Shown piece by piece: positions 24,651 through 37,334 of a stretch of DNA of 64,000 bases. Under the pieces are notes generated by a model. It searched no databases. It saw only the letters and a list, made by a program, of their open reading frames with translations, and had not been told where the DNA came from. How positions within the stretch are numbered: the first letter of the stretch is position 1; every line of letters starts with the position of its first letter. A program made the translations under genes and the position numbers. Source of the stretch: Lama guanicoe (Eukaryota); the NCBI GenBank assembly GCA_013239625.1, contig MU053561.1:746826-810825 (forward strand), read 5' to 3'.

Positions 24651-24944
24651 AAAAATGATATGTGAACAATCCTCATCTTTAAATTCACTGCCAAGGAATT
24701 TGATCCTACCTTTCACACCCCAGGTTAGATGACCCCAGGATGGCCTTTCTGTGATGTTGCACACACAGTGAGTCTTCTAACGTAAGAAGATTATGGAACA
24801 ACTTTGCATTTGTTCTGTTCTCTTTTTACTTTGGTTCCCCAAAGAATGTTACCCTTAAATTCACAGGAAATATGCCCGAAGGATAAAGAAATAATCAGCC
24901 AGTAATTCCAATAAAATGGTTGTGGAAAGATATGAAATGTTTTT

Positions 24945-25102
24945 AGGAGTGGGGCAGCGGGACGTACACACTACCGGGTGTAAGACGGGCTGCTGGGATG
25001 CATCGTACAACATGGGGAGTATAGCCAATATTTTAAAATAACTGTAAATGGAGTACAGCCTTTAAAAGCTGTATAAAATTTTTTTAAATAAATTTTTTAA
25101 GA
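24945..25102 (+). mobile_element. Short L1 3' end with TSD
   Basis: Paralogous to 21650-21780; TSD atatgaaatg[t/c]tttt at 24930-24944 and 25103-25117. Confidence 0.85.
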
Positions 25103-25119
25103 ATATGAAATGCTTTTTC

Positions 25120-25745
25120 TATCTGGTCAACTCCCCTTTTTCTGGGAAATGTACCTTCTTTCTCTTAGGAATTGCTTCCCCCACACCCTTACATCAACTG
25201 TAACCACAGAATTTGAGTGAGGACTGCTTGTCACAGTGGAGAGGCAGGGACAGGACCCGTAGATATCTAAGCAGAACCTTCTCTGCAATTTTTAAAAATT
25301 GAAGCTGGAAGTCCCCCTTTCCCCTTCCAAAGAGCACTGTGACACCATAAAAATGAGGTATTATACCTTGTGCATTATCCAACTTTTTGGCCATAAGGAA
25401 GAATTTCTGTGTTTTTTTAGAGCTGCATCCCCAGCACTGAGAACTGTGCAAGTTACAGAAGGTTCTTGACAACTATTTGTTAAATGAATAAACAAGTGCT
25501 GGGAATATATGAGCTAAAGACTCCCAGTAGCCATGAAGCCCACCGTGTCAAAGAAACCGATAGAGAATGTGCAGAGGGAAGCCAAGGAGCAAGACAGGTC
25601 CTGATAGGTTCAAGTGTCCTAGTTCTGGCCCTTGAGGTTCTTGGAGCTTCTGTGGTTCATGCCTTCCATTAATCCCCCTTCCTTGGCTTATGTTAGTTTA
25701 ACTTGGGGTCCTGCCACTTGCAACTAAGAGAATCCTGACTGATCT
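25120..25745 (+). mobile_element. Old MaLR LTR fragments (MLT1J/K-like)
   Basis: 3' motif ttagtttaacttgggg...tgccacttgcaactaagagaatcctgactgat. Confidence 0.5.
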
Positions 25746-25994
25746 AAACGTTTCATTGTAATAAATTGAGCAGGGAGATCCCAGCAAAGTGACCAATGGC
25801 ACTTCCGTGCGGTAGGATGTGAAGGCACAGCAGTCAAACTCCTGAGTATCTGAGTAAGAGACATTGAGGAAGATTCATGCTGTCCAGGAAGAGAGAGAGA
25901 GAGAGAGAAAACTTATATTCAGTGAAGATTTATTGGGTAAGATCACAAATGTGTTACTCTCTCCCTGTTCATTTTATTTACCCCATCCTGTGAC

Positions 25995-26372
25995 AATCAG
26001 TCAGGGTCCAACCAGAGAACAGAACCCGTAGGAGATATATTAAGAGACTCACTGCAAGGAACTAGCTTATGTGATCGTCGGGGCTGGCTACTCAAGTCCG
26101 AAGTCCATGTTGCAGGCCGTGAACTCTCAGGCAGGAGCTGAAGTTGCTTCCATGGGTGGAATTTCTTCCTCTTAAGAGAAACTTCAGCTCTGCTCTGAAG
26201 GCTTTTTGACTGATTGAATCAGTGCCCCCCACCCCACCCCCAGATGATCTAGGATGGTGTCCCTTAAAGTCAGCTGACTGTAGACTTACATTACATTTAC
26301 AAAATATATTCACAGCCACACCTAGATCAGTGTTTGACTGAATACCTGAAGAATGCAGTCTTGCCAAACTGA
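25995..26372 (-). mobile_element. MLT2-type ERVL LTR
   Basis: tcagtcagggtccaaccagagaacagaacc...cacctagatcagtgtttgactgaata; antisense to the copy at 7335-7705. Confidence 0.85.
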
Positions 26373-26539
26373 TTCCTGCACACCCCCTGGCCAATCTACC
26401 CCAGTTTGTTTTAGAGCTCAGGGCTGTGCTGCTGTTTTCAGGGCCTATGAAGGTCACTCTGGCCACATGCCCAGTATCTGATTAGTGTCACTCTCCCTGC
26501 TGGACTCCTGACTCATAATCTTGTCTTCAACTTCTACTT

Positions 26540-26625
26540 TTTTTTTTTTAATGGCGATAGTGGGGATTGAACCCTGGGCCGCACACATGCCAAGCATGCT
26601 CTCTACCGCTGAGCTATACCCTCCC
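26540..26625 (-). mobile_element. Vic-1-like SINE
   Basis: Poly(T)...ggggattgaaccc...ctctaccgctgagctataccctccc; TSD tcaacttc[t/g]actt at 26527-26539 and 26629-26641. Confidence 0.9.
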
Positions 26626-27149
26626 TGCTCAACTTCGACTTTGTGGAGTCCAAGTTCCTGTTATCCCTTTTGAAGTTACATGCCTGACCCTGCTGTTACT
26701 CCAGCTCATGATGGACCAAGGTAAGGGTTCCTAGGTTTTAACCAGGCCACTCCTTCATTTAGAGTTCCTTAGTGGTTTCTCCTTGCTTTAAGGGAAAAGT
26801 CAGGGTCCTTAACACAGTACATGATTTAGCTTCTCCTTGGCCAGCTGTTATGCTTTTTAATCACTCTGCACGCCAACAAACTTTTTTTGTGTTGCTTTTA
26901 ATTCCCTAAGCATGTCTTGCTTTCTCTCACCTCCATTCCTTTGAAAATAGCATTTCCTTTTACCTGGAGTTCCCTGACCCTGATCTGTATCTAACGACTT
27001 CTTATCCTTCAAAATGAAGCCCACGGTCCTTTGATGCAGGAATGGTTCCTCTTGTCTTACTGGTTAGGGTGCCCAGCCTGTGCCCTGTGGCACCACCACC
27101 TCCATTCATTGTACAACCTACTGCACTGTGCTTTGCTCTATTTATTTTA

Positions 27150-28030
27150 TTTATATAAGAGGAATGTAGCCACATAGAAGAAAAGCGATAGAGAGAGGTA
27201 TAAAAAGGGAGACATCTTGTACCACCTCCCAATAGATCTTCCTGCCAAACTGTTAACACTTTCTTGTTAAACTTTCAGAAGAATTGTTTATGTATATAAA
27301 ATTATACATGTATATATGATATCCTTTTTATTTATAATTGAAGTAATACTAAACATGCTGCTCTATACCTTGCTTTCTTCACTTAGGAGAATATTTACAT
27401 CTCAACACTTAGACATTTACATTCATGTATGTAATGGCCAAATAGTATTCCATTGTAGCAATAAAAACATAACCTTATTTACTGAATCTCATATTGATGA
27501 ATATTTAGTTTATTTTCAGGTTTTTTTATATTATTCATCTATCTCAGGTGACTTTTATATCTCTAGGATAAATTCTTAGGCATAATTCAAAGGATACTTC
27601 AACATTTTGAAACGTAATTTAAATTCCTACCACAGTATACATATTTTCTTACTTTGATATTTTCTTTCCAGTATCAAACGTATCAGACTTTCTAATGTTT
27701 GCCTGTCTGATGAAATGGTATCTTTTTGTTGTTTTGATTTGCATTTTTAAAATCCTCAAGGAGGTTGGACATCTTTCCATATATTTCAGGTCATTTGTAT
27801 TTTATATTTCTCTTGGAACTCCCTGTTTATATTTTATGTATTTATTGGCTCTCTTTTTAATTTGGAAAAGCTCTTTGAATTAAAATTAACCCTTTATCTG
27901 TCATGTTTGTTTTGAATATTTTTACCAATGTGTTATTTGTCCTTGGACTTCATGTGGATTTTTTTTTTGCCATATAATTGTTTTAAAGTTCTCAAATGTA
28001 GTACACTAATTCCCTTTATGGCTTCTGGGT
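27150..28030 (-). mobile_element. Old L1 (L1ME-like) fragment
   Basis: aaatggtatctttttgttgttttgatttgcattt...gaggttggacatctttccatat. Confidence 0.65.
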
Positions 28031-29593
28031 ATACTGTGTGTTGAATGTCTATTTTCTTGGCAGGAAATCCAGACCTGGGATTCAAAAGGGAAAATCACCC
28101 TTCATGCTAAAGGATTATTTTAAGAGCCATGGAGAAGTGAGAATGAATAAGGAATTTTATTACAAAATACTTCTGTTCTGGGTCCTAAGGAGATCCCATC
28201 TCAGCTCCTAAAAGCTAGGGTGAAGAGGGCCAGACAGTCTTAATTGAGGATTTCTTAACTTAATTGAGATTGGGTTTCAATTCCAGCCTTAGGAGAAGCC
28301 ATATCTCTCTAGCCATCTCCCTTGTCAATGCACAAATCTCACTCAGCCTTCTTGCCGAAAAGCCTGAGAAGAGGAAAGGTCCCTAACTGTGTGGAGCCAC
28401 AGTTCTGATTCACATTCTATGGTTCAAAAGAAAGTTAAGTTCACTCCCACAGGTTCTTTCCATGTCATGGAATGAAAAATAAAGATCATCATTGGAGAGA
28501 TCAGTGTCCAGGCAAGTTAAGAGGGACAGACTGGCTCAAGCTGGTGGCCTTCCATCTCCTTCCATACAGTCATAACTTACAAAACACATGCGACAAAAGT
28601 TGCTCCCCAAGTGTTGGGGGCTGTTAAACACAAGGGCACTGTGACTCTGGCATGACCCTTCCCACTGGCTTCCCGTCATCTCATTAAGAACACATGTGAA
28701 GTCAAGGACAGCTTCTTCCCAGACAGCAAGTGTCCTAGGTGCCCCATATGCATAGTTATCACACCTGTAAGAAGTGTGAAGAAAGTGCCCAAACCCAGCC
28801 CTTGAAGAAAACCCAAGTGATGGAGTTGACTAGAATTGGACGATAGGTTACCATAAGAGAAGACACAAGACTGGAGCAGAGGCAAAGGCAGAATTTGACC
28901 AGAGATTTATGGTCAAATCCAAGCTCAAAGCCATAATGAGTTAATATAGAAAGTGCAGAAGTCAAAGTACAGGCTTAGTCGGTCCAGCTAAATTCTCAGA
29001 AACAGTAGAACAGTCTCTCTTAGAAGCCCCAGTGCTTTGCCTCTTGGGCACAATTCTTAATTTTGAAGGCATCTGTTATAACCCTCAATTCCAGAAACAG
29101 AACATCAGCTAGCAATACTGCAGCACGAGCAGCAACCATGCCGACACTGACCGATTCCACCACCAGAGATCACAAGCCCAGGAGGACAGGTGTGGTCCTG
29201 AGACGTCAGTGGTCAGGTGTGTGGGAACAGCTACTGGGGAGACCCCAGGCACATGGCTCTCTGGGCTCTGTGCTGCCACTTCTACCCTTTGACCTTACTC
29301 CTACCCTCCACTTGAGCTCTTTCATTATATTCCATTTTCCCTAGTTTAAATATTGGCTTAACTTTTCCGTTTTGATTTTTAGTTGTGTTTTAAAAACTAC
29401 AAAAGTAATGCACGATCACTGCAAAGTATTTAAGTAACATGAAAGTATATAAAGTAACAAGCGAAGTCTCTTCTTACAGTCTACTCCCCATCCTCAGTGG
29501 AAATCAGTGTTAAAGGTTAGATCTGTATGTGTTTAGAATTTGTTTAGGTATACACATTTTTATTCTTTATTTTTTTTTACCTAGGTTATTTTT
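27381..29593. repeat. Tandem duplication, copy 1 (2213 bp)
   Basis: Sequence repeats at offset 2213/2215; duplicated ORFs appear in the ORF track. Confidence 0.98.
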
Positions 29594-31809
29594 ACTTAGG
29601 AGAATATTTACATCTCAACACTTAGACATTTACATTCATGTATGTAATGGCCAAATAGTATTCCATTGTAGCAATAAAAACATAACCTTATTTACTGAAT
29701 CTCATATTGATGAATATTTAGTTTATTTTCAGGTTTTTTTATATTATTCATCTATCTCAGGTGACTTTTATATCTCTAGGATAAATTCTTAGGCATAATT
29801 CAAAGGATACTTCAACATTTTGAAACGTAATTTAAATTCCTACCACAGTATACATATTTTCTTACTTTGATATTTTCTTTCCAGTATCAAACGTATCAGA
29901 CTTTCTAATGTTTGCCTGTCTGATGAAATGGTATCTTTTTGTTGTTTTGATTTGCATTTTTAAAATCCTCAAGGAGGTTGGACATCTTTCCATATATTTC
30001 AGGTCATTTGTATTTTATATTTCTCTTGGAACTCCCTGTTTATATTTTATGTATTTATTGGCTCTCTTTTTAATTTGGAAAAGCTCTTTGAATTAAAATT
30101 AACCCTTTATCTGTCATGTTTGTTTTGAATATTTTTACCAATGTGTTATTTGTCCTTGGACTTTATATGGATTTTTTTTTTTTGCCATATAATTGTTTTA
30201 AAGTTCTCAAATGTAGTACACTAATTCCCTTTATGGCTTCTGGGTATACTGTGTGTTGAATGTCTATTTTCTTGGCAGGAAATCCAGACCTGGGATTCAA
30301 AAGGGAAAATCACCCTTCATGCTAAAGGATTATTTTAAGAGCCATGGAGAAGTGAGAATGAATAAGGAATTTTATTACAAAATACTTCTGTTCTGGGTCC
30401 TAAGGAGATCCCATCTCAGCTCCTAAAAGCTAGGGTGAAGAGGGCCAGACAGTCTTAATTGAGGATTTCTTAACTTAATTGAGATTGGGTTTCAATTCCA
30501 GCCTTAGGAGAAGCCATATCTCTCTAGCCATCTCCCTTGTCAATGCACAAATCTCACTCAGCCTTCTTGCCGAAAAGTCTGAGAAGAGGAAAGGTCCCTA
30601 ACTGTGTGGAGCCACAGTTCTGATTCACATTCTATGGTTCAAAAGAAAGTTAAGTTCACTCCCACAGGTTCTTTCCATGTCATGGAATGAAAAATAAAGA
30701 TCATCATTGGAGAGATCAGTGTCCAGGCAAGTTAAGAAGGACAGACTGGCTCAAGCTGGTGGCCTTCCATCTCCTTCCATACAGTCATAACTTACAAAAC
30801 ACATGCGGCAAAAGTTGCTCCCCAAGTGTTGGGGGCTGTTAAACACAAGGGCACTGTGACTCTGGCATGACCCTTCCCACTGGCTTCCCGTCATCTCATT
30901 AAGAACACATGTGAAGTCAAGGACAGCTTCTTCCCAGACAGCAAGTGTCCTAGGTGCCCCATATGCATAGTTATCACACCTGTAAGAAGTGTGAAGAAAG
31001 TGCCCAAACCCAGCCCTTGAAGAAAACCCAAGTGATGGAGTTGACTAGAATTGGACGATAGGTTACCATAAGAGAAGACACAAGACTGGAGCAGAGGCAA
31101 AGGCAGAATTTGACCAGAGATTTATGGTCAAATCCAAGCTCAAAGCCATAATGAGTTAATATAGAAAGTGCAGAAGTCAAAGTACAGGCTTAGTCGGTCC
31201 AGCTAAATTCTCAGAAACAGTAGAACAGTCTCTCTTAGAAGCCCCAGTGCTTTGCCTCTTGGGCACAATTCTTAATTTTGAAGGCATCTGTTATAACCCT
31301 CAATTCCAGAAACAGAACATCAGCTAGCAATACTGCAGCACGAGCAGCAACCATGCCGACACTGACCGATTCCACCACCAGAGATCACAAGCCCAGGAGG
31401 ACAGGTGTGGTCCTGAGACGTCAGTGGTCAGGTGTGTGGGAACAGCTACTGGGGAGACCCCAGGCACATGGCTCTCTGGGCTCTGTGCTGCCACTTCTAC
31501 CCTTTGACCTTACTCCTACCCTCCACTTGAGCTCTTTCATTATATTCCATTTTCCCTAGTTTAAATATTGGCTTAACTTTTCCGTTTTGATTTTTAGTTG
31601 TGTTTTAAAAACTACAAAAGTAATGCACGATCACTGCAAAGTATTTAAGTAACATGAAAGTATATAAAGTAACAAGCGAAGTCTCTTCTTACAGTCTACT
31701 CCCCATCCTCAGTGGAAATCAGTGTTAAAGGTTAGATCTGTATGTGTTTAGAATTTGTTTAGGTATACACATTTTTATTCTTTATTTTTTTTTACCTAGG
31801 TTATTTTTA
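29594..31809. repeat. Tandem duplication, copy 2 (about 2215 bp)
   Basis: Direct head-to-tail repeat of 27381-29593; I found 5 substitutions and a 2-nt poly(T) difference. Confidence 0.98.
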
Positions 31810-33204
31810 TTTTTTTTATATATATTCCTAGATTATTTTTAAAACATACGGTCACACTATTCTGTACTGCAGCTTGCTTTTTGTAACTCGGTCATACATC
31901 ACTGATACCTATACCATTTCAGCATATACGCATCTACTTCATTCTTGTTAATGGCTAAATAGTAGTCATAGCAAGAATATGCAAAATGTATTAACATCCA
32001 CCTGTTAATTTTATATTATGAATAATGTTGCCTTGAACATTCCTGTACAAGTGTTCTTGCCCACAGTAGAGTGTTTCTGTAGGATGAATTCCTAGAAGAG
32101 AATTGCTGAATGCACATTTAAAATTTTGATAGACACTGCCAATTGGCTTTCTTTGTTCTGGTTTGTATTTTCCCTGACAGTGTGTGTGAGACTCTCTCCT
32201 CCAACCCTAATCATCACTGGATAGTATTGTTTTCTTTCACAAACCAGAGTCGAAATTGATGCACACTGCAGGTTATGGGTGTTCCGAGCCTGGCACTAAT
32301 CTTTGGGTTGTGGACGCTGCTCTGGCAGGCTGGGAACTCCTGGTTTGGGCTTCTTGGGTTCTTCTCCTACTACTTTCCCTCTTACGTTCACTGGGCTCAT
32401 AAAACTTTTGATATTAACAAGTCCATACATTTTACAGTTTACCTAGTGTCCTCCCCACCTTATTTTATTTAGTCCTCACAAAGTTTAGTTTCTATTAAGT
32501 ATGTAGGGAGAGAATTTTTACATGGGGGACTCCGAACAGTGTATGACTTTCTTAAGTTCACGTAGTTAATATAGGAAAGAACTAGGACTTGGCACATAAA
32601 TCTCTTAAGTTCAAAATCCATGTTCTAGCCACCCTTTCTCCTGCTGGCTCTCTAGAACAGAAAGCCATCACAGAGTCTGTGCTTCTGTCAATAGCTTTCT
32701 AGCCTTTTGGAATGTCTACAATCTCTATAGAAACTTAAGTTTGTTGGTTGGCTGGCTGGATTTGGGGTTGCTGTAATTTGTGATGTAGGGGTATCAATTT
32801 TGATCATAAAAATCTTTTTGCAATTTGAATATTCTGGTATGTGGCCCAAGGTAACCCAGAGCAACATCTCCAAGAGAAGATCACTGGCAGGGTGCCAGGA
32901 GGCCTCGTGGTGACCTTATCTAGTAAGTGTCAGTGCCGGAATTGGAACCAGACCTGTCTGACTCCAAAGCCAAAACCTTTTAAAATTTACTCTCTTGCAC
33001 CTCCTCATACAGAGCAAGATGCTCAGGACAGAAGATCAATGCATTCTTTCTTTATAGGCAAATTACACAGGAAGCCAGATTCTCATACGGTTGCATGCTG
33101 AGCATGGAATCAGAACAAGAAGGGTTCAGGGTCTTAAGAAGCTAATTTCAGCTCAAGTAGCTGAAGGCAAGTTTACCCACCGGGGGGTGACGACTGGGGG
33201 GGTG

Positions 33205-33540
33205 GGTCACACACTCAAAAACCAAGAGGCTCAAAGAGTGTAACACAGATGAGTAAAGCAAGTCAGAGAGCAGGGGTGTTAGGGAATAGTGGAGACTGGG
33301 GCAAACTGGTGAGTGCACACCTTTCTAAAGGGAGCAGCTGCTACTTTATAGCTCCAGCCCATTGTTGACAGTTTAGTTAACCCAAGTCTTCTCAATTTTT
33401 CCATAAAACCTGGAATCCTCAATTTTTCTGTGGGAAATTGGTTGATAACTTTGAAAAATACTGTAAGTCAATACACTGTAGACCAAACAAAACTTGTCTG
33501 CGGGCCAGACTTGGCCTATCACATGCCAGTCTATGACCTT
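33205..33540. mobile_element. hAT-Charlie MITE (MER102-like)
   Basis: gcagctgctact...gctccagcccattgttg...ccaaacaaaacttgtctgcgggccagacttggcc...tgccagtctatgacc. Confidence 0.65.
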
Positions 33541-34969
33541 TCACTATAGGAAAACTTTTACCAAGAAAATCACAAAGCTCAAAGTCATTTAGAAAGGTTT
33601 CTTTGCCTCTAAAAGATTCAGATCGGCACTCTGTAGATTTTCCTTTTTACCCCTTGACACCTATCTCTGTTTTCAGTCATCCTCCAGACAGAATAGACTA
33701 GGTTCCCTTCCATTTCCTCTGAGTAAGTTACACCTCCACGTCAGCCTCGTCTCCTTGGGAGGACTCTTAGCTCAGCTTCTGGTGGGACTGACACTTACGT
33801 AGCAGCCCTCTGCATTCTTATTACTGCCTTCATTATCCGGGGAGTTGTCATTATTCTTATATTAGATGGTTAATACTTCCATAGAGTGTGAGATTTACTA
33901 ATTCAGTTCTCAGAGGACAACCCCATTTTCAAGTCCTTGGAGGATCCTTCATTCCTGCCAAATTATAGGGACAAAAAGCCTGTTTTTGATTTTTTCAGAC
34001 ATTAAAAATTATTTTCCAATATAAAAATATAACTTCATTGGCTTACGGATTTTTTTTCTCTTTTTTTAGTGAGTGATGTATTCTAAGAAGATCAGAGGGA
34101 GTTACAGCTTATAGGAGGAGAGGGAAGAAACAGGAATGCTCTTCTAGACACCAAAATGAGCAAGAGGAATGGGACTGGATTTTACTTGAAAATGAAGACT
34201 GAACTTTGCTTCCAGATCTCAGTGACGCTGGAAATGACCCCCTCCTCTCCAAATGGAGCAGCAGCTCCTCCTGCCTCAGGACACACAGCGGCCTTGGGAT
34301 GTGTGAAGCTGTCACTGGAAAGGGGAGGAGGAGAGAAAGCTCCAGAAATAGAAGGCAGATCTGCCCTTTTGGCACAACACGCCAATCAGGACACAACACT
34401 GTGATGCACCAAACACATTTCTAGAAGAAAGGAACCTGTGAGTTTAATAGTGTTCGGGCATGGGGGATTCCATCAGCATCTTCAAACAATCGTGTCTATT
34501 GGCAACCGAAAACTCTACCTTCAGTTAACAAGTGTTAGTCCTTCATAAGAGAACAGACATCAATTTAGATTTAGTAATTAGACCAGACATTATGTTGTCT
34601 TCAGTGGTGGGACATGACACGTGGTGACACATTACAAAATAAATGACATTTAGCCAGAATCTAAATAGCTAGGAATCTAAAATAACCAGATCTCAAATCC
34701 ACCCCACAGTCTTGTTCAAAGATAATGATGCCAACCCCAAAAAGCCTGACATCTAGTAAGTTTCTCACATTTCTCTGAATCACCATAAAGATTTATTTAT
34801 TCTCTTGTGAAATGTGTGTTCATTGTTTTTATGGTAAGCCAATTCTTTGAAAATTGATCATCTGAAATCTGAGACTTCCAAGGTAGCCTTAGTAAGAAAA
34901 TTTCCCATATTTGCTTCCTGACTCTCCCACCAGATTACCCACGAATTTAGTGGGATTTCCATTTCTTAA

Positions 34970-35175
34970 ACTAGAGCATAGTTAAGCAGACATGGGCTCG
35001 AATCCTGTCCACTTAAACCTGTAATTGTGGGCAAGTTCATTAAACCTCTGAGCTCAGTTTCCTCAAGTGAAAAATCAAGAATAACAACAGTTAACATCAT
35101 GAGGGTGTTTGTGTGGGGATTGAATGAGATAATGTATAATGATGACATATCATACAGTAATTCTTTAAAAAATGG
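34970..35175 (+). mobile_element. MIR
   Basis: gggcaagttcattaaacctctgagctcagtttcctca...gggtgtttgtgtggggattgaatgagataatgta. Confidence 0.85.
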
Positions 35176-37334
35176 TGACAGCTAACGTCTTCAACTCAAC
35201 CACCTGTTTAGAGGGCAATCAATGGCATTGATGCATATAAAAAATGCATGCTCCTCTGAAGAAACTTTCTCTGCTAAAGAGAAACTGCAACCACCCAGGA
35301 AAAGCTGAGAGACCAATCTAAGACCATGTACAGAAAAGGGCTAGTGACCCATGTACAATATCGGTTCAAAAATTAAGCACCACTGTGAACATCAAATGGC
35401 GAAGTATTCTTACTCCCCCATTCTCACCTGGTCCCTATAGTGAGGAGCAGAGCTGGGACAGAGTGAGACCAAGACCAAGCTCCCCATCTCCATGCCCAAC
35501 GCACTTTACAACCTGCGAGCTGCCAGCTGGGGCATCACAGCCAGGCGGAAGATGGTGGATACAATTATCTCCCAGCCCTTTGAAGCTTCGGCCAGGAATA
35601 TTTGTTGTCCCTATCACACGTGATTAGGATGGCTACGTCTTCCTGCAGAAGACAGAACTCTTTGTCCATCACCCTCCCCCTGCCACTACCAGAGAGCAGG
35701 AAGTGGGGAGAGGGGCAGGCGCCCCTCTCCTCTTGGTCCAATTTCACACATTGGTTTTTCAGCATCAATAAATTGGTTACATTCGCCCCACATTTGGCAG
35801 CCGAGGTTTCTAATAACACTCTGATCCCTTCAGAGAACATGAATCACTGGCATGCGGGGGGCTCTGGTTACCTCCCCCAACTTTCTGCTGCTAAAGGTCC
35901 CACACATTAGCCGAGGTCAGGCACTCGCCTGAGCCAGGGCAGAGCCCAGGACAGGGGCCATGGCTTCGAGGCACAGTCACAGAGCTCAAAGATCTTCCCT
36001 CCGAGGGGGAACAGATAATTCTGAGACCAGGCAATGTGCAGCTTTCTTCAGCTGTCAATCCTACCTGGTTTGCATATAGATTGAGAAAACGTGTGAGATT
36101 TTACCACAAGAATCAGTCCGGAGAATCTGAGGGGGGTGGTGGTGGGTGGAGAGGGGATGAGAGAGAAAAAAATGTGTGATGCAGATGTCTGAGAGCTACG
36201 TGCAGCCCCAGCACCGCTTCCTTTGTGAAGCCGGGACTCTTTGGGGATGAACCGCCTGAATGAGGACAGTGTACCATGTATCTCTGTTTCTGAGGCAGCT
36301 TTTCTTCTTGCAACGCAATTAGGCGTGCAAAAAGTGCCACCAGCAAGGGGAAGTCCTGGGGCTGAGAAGAGGTCCAGAGTCAGCGGTGGGGGCAGCCACA
36401 ATGGCAGCGTTGGTGGGCCAAGCAGAGGGAGAAAAGGAGGGGAAAGAAATACTCTAAATAGAGCATGGGCAGGCCTGGGACAAACACAGGGAGTGAAATG
36501 GGAGGAGAAAAGGAGGAGAGAGCAATGGAAAAAGAGAAAAAGAGAATTGAGAAGAAATGGAGAAAGAAGCAACTCAATCGAATCCAGTAGATACTTTATT
36601 CTAACGTCCAGTGGGGAGGAAGGAGGCTTTGGACACATTCAGTATATATCAAATCCTGTTCCTGCCCTCCAAGAGCATGTAGATCAGTTAAAAAAAATCA
36701 GTGACACAGCTCATCCTGGAACAGAACACGACAGGGTATAAGACAGACGTCGGTGCCCTGGAGCCTGAGACAGAAGGGCAGAGGTTATGGTGGGGAGGTT
36801 TGGTATAGGAGGTGGGCCTTGAGAGTCTTCTAGAAGGTGGGTAGGAGTGAGCTGGGCATAGGAGTGGGGAGGGCATTCTTGAGTGAAACTGGTAGTGCAG
36901 AGAGAGGACAGCATGAGAGGGAGGAGAGAACAGGGATGGAAAGACAAGGGAAAAGGAAAGGAAAATGAAGTCTGCTACCCACAGTTGCCACATATGCCAC
37001 CAGTATCTTAGACCTTTCAACCAAAGAAAGTAGAATTAGAAGCCTCCCATGGGATCCTGTAAAGTGGGGCAAGCCACCAGCACAGCAGCCCAGCTTCAGG
37101 CCTGGAGGGAAGGAAGGGAAGAAGCTCATGCACCCTGAGCAAAGGCAGGTAACTCTTCTCTTCTGTAGGCGCCAGGTCGGCCTCAGACACAGGTTCCCAG
37201 GCAGCCCCCCAGAGGCCTCGGACTCATCTGAGTCTCTCCTGGTGGATCCCCAAGTGCCCTCTCTCTCCGCCATATCCTTCACTCTGTGGTTTTCCGATTC
37301 CTAAGAAGGAAGATCTTTTTCTTTCTTGTCTTTT

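Noticed and set aside
7335..26372. Two MLT2 LTRs as the ends of one provirus
   Set aside because: They are in opposite orientations, about 18 kb apart, clearly diverged, and have no ERVL internal sequence between them.
28676..31559. Repeated ORFs as a gene family
   Set aside because: They are identical only because of the 2.2-kb duplication, and the peptides have no coding hallmarks.
36048..37282. Longest ORFs (196, 166 and 150 aa)
   Set aside because: They overlap on both strands of a purine-rich/pyrimidine-rich tract, give compositionally biased peptides, and show no recognisable domain.
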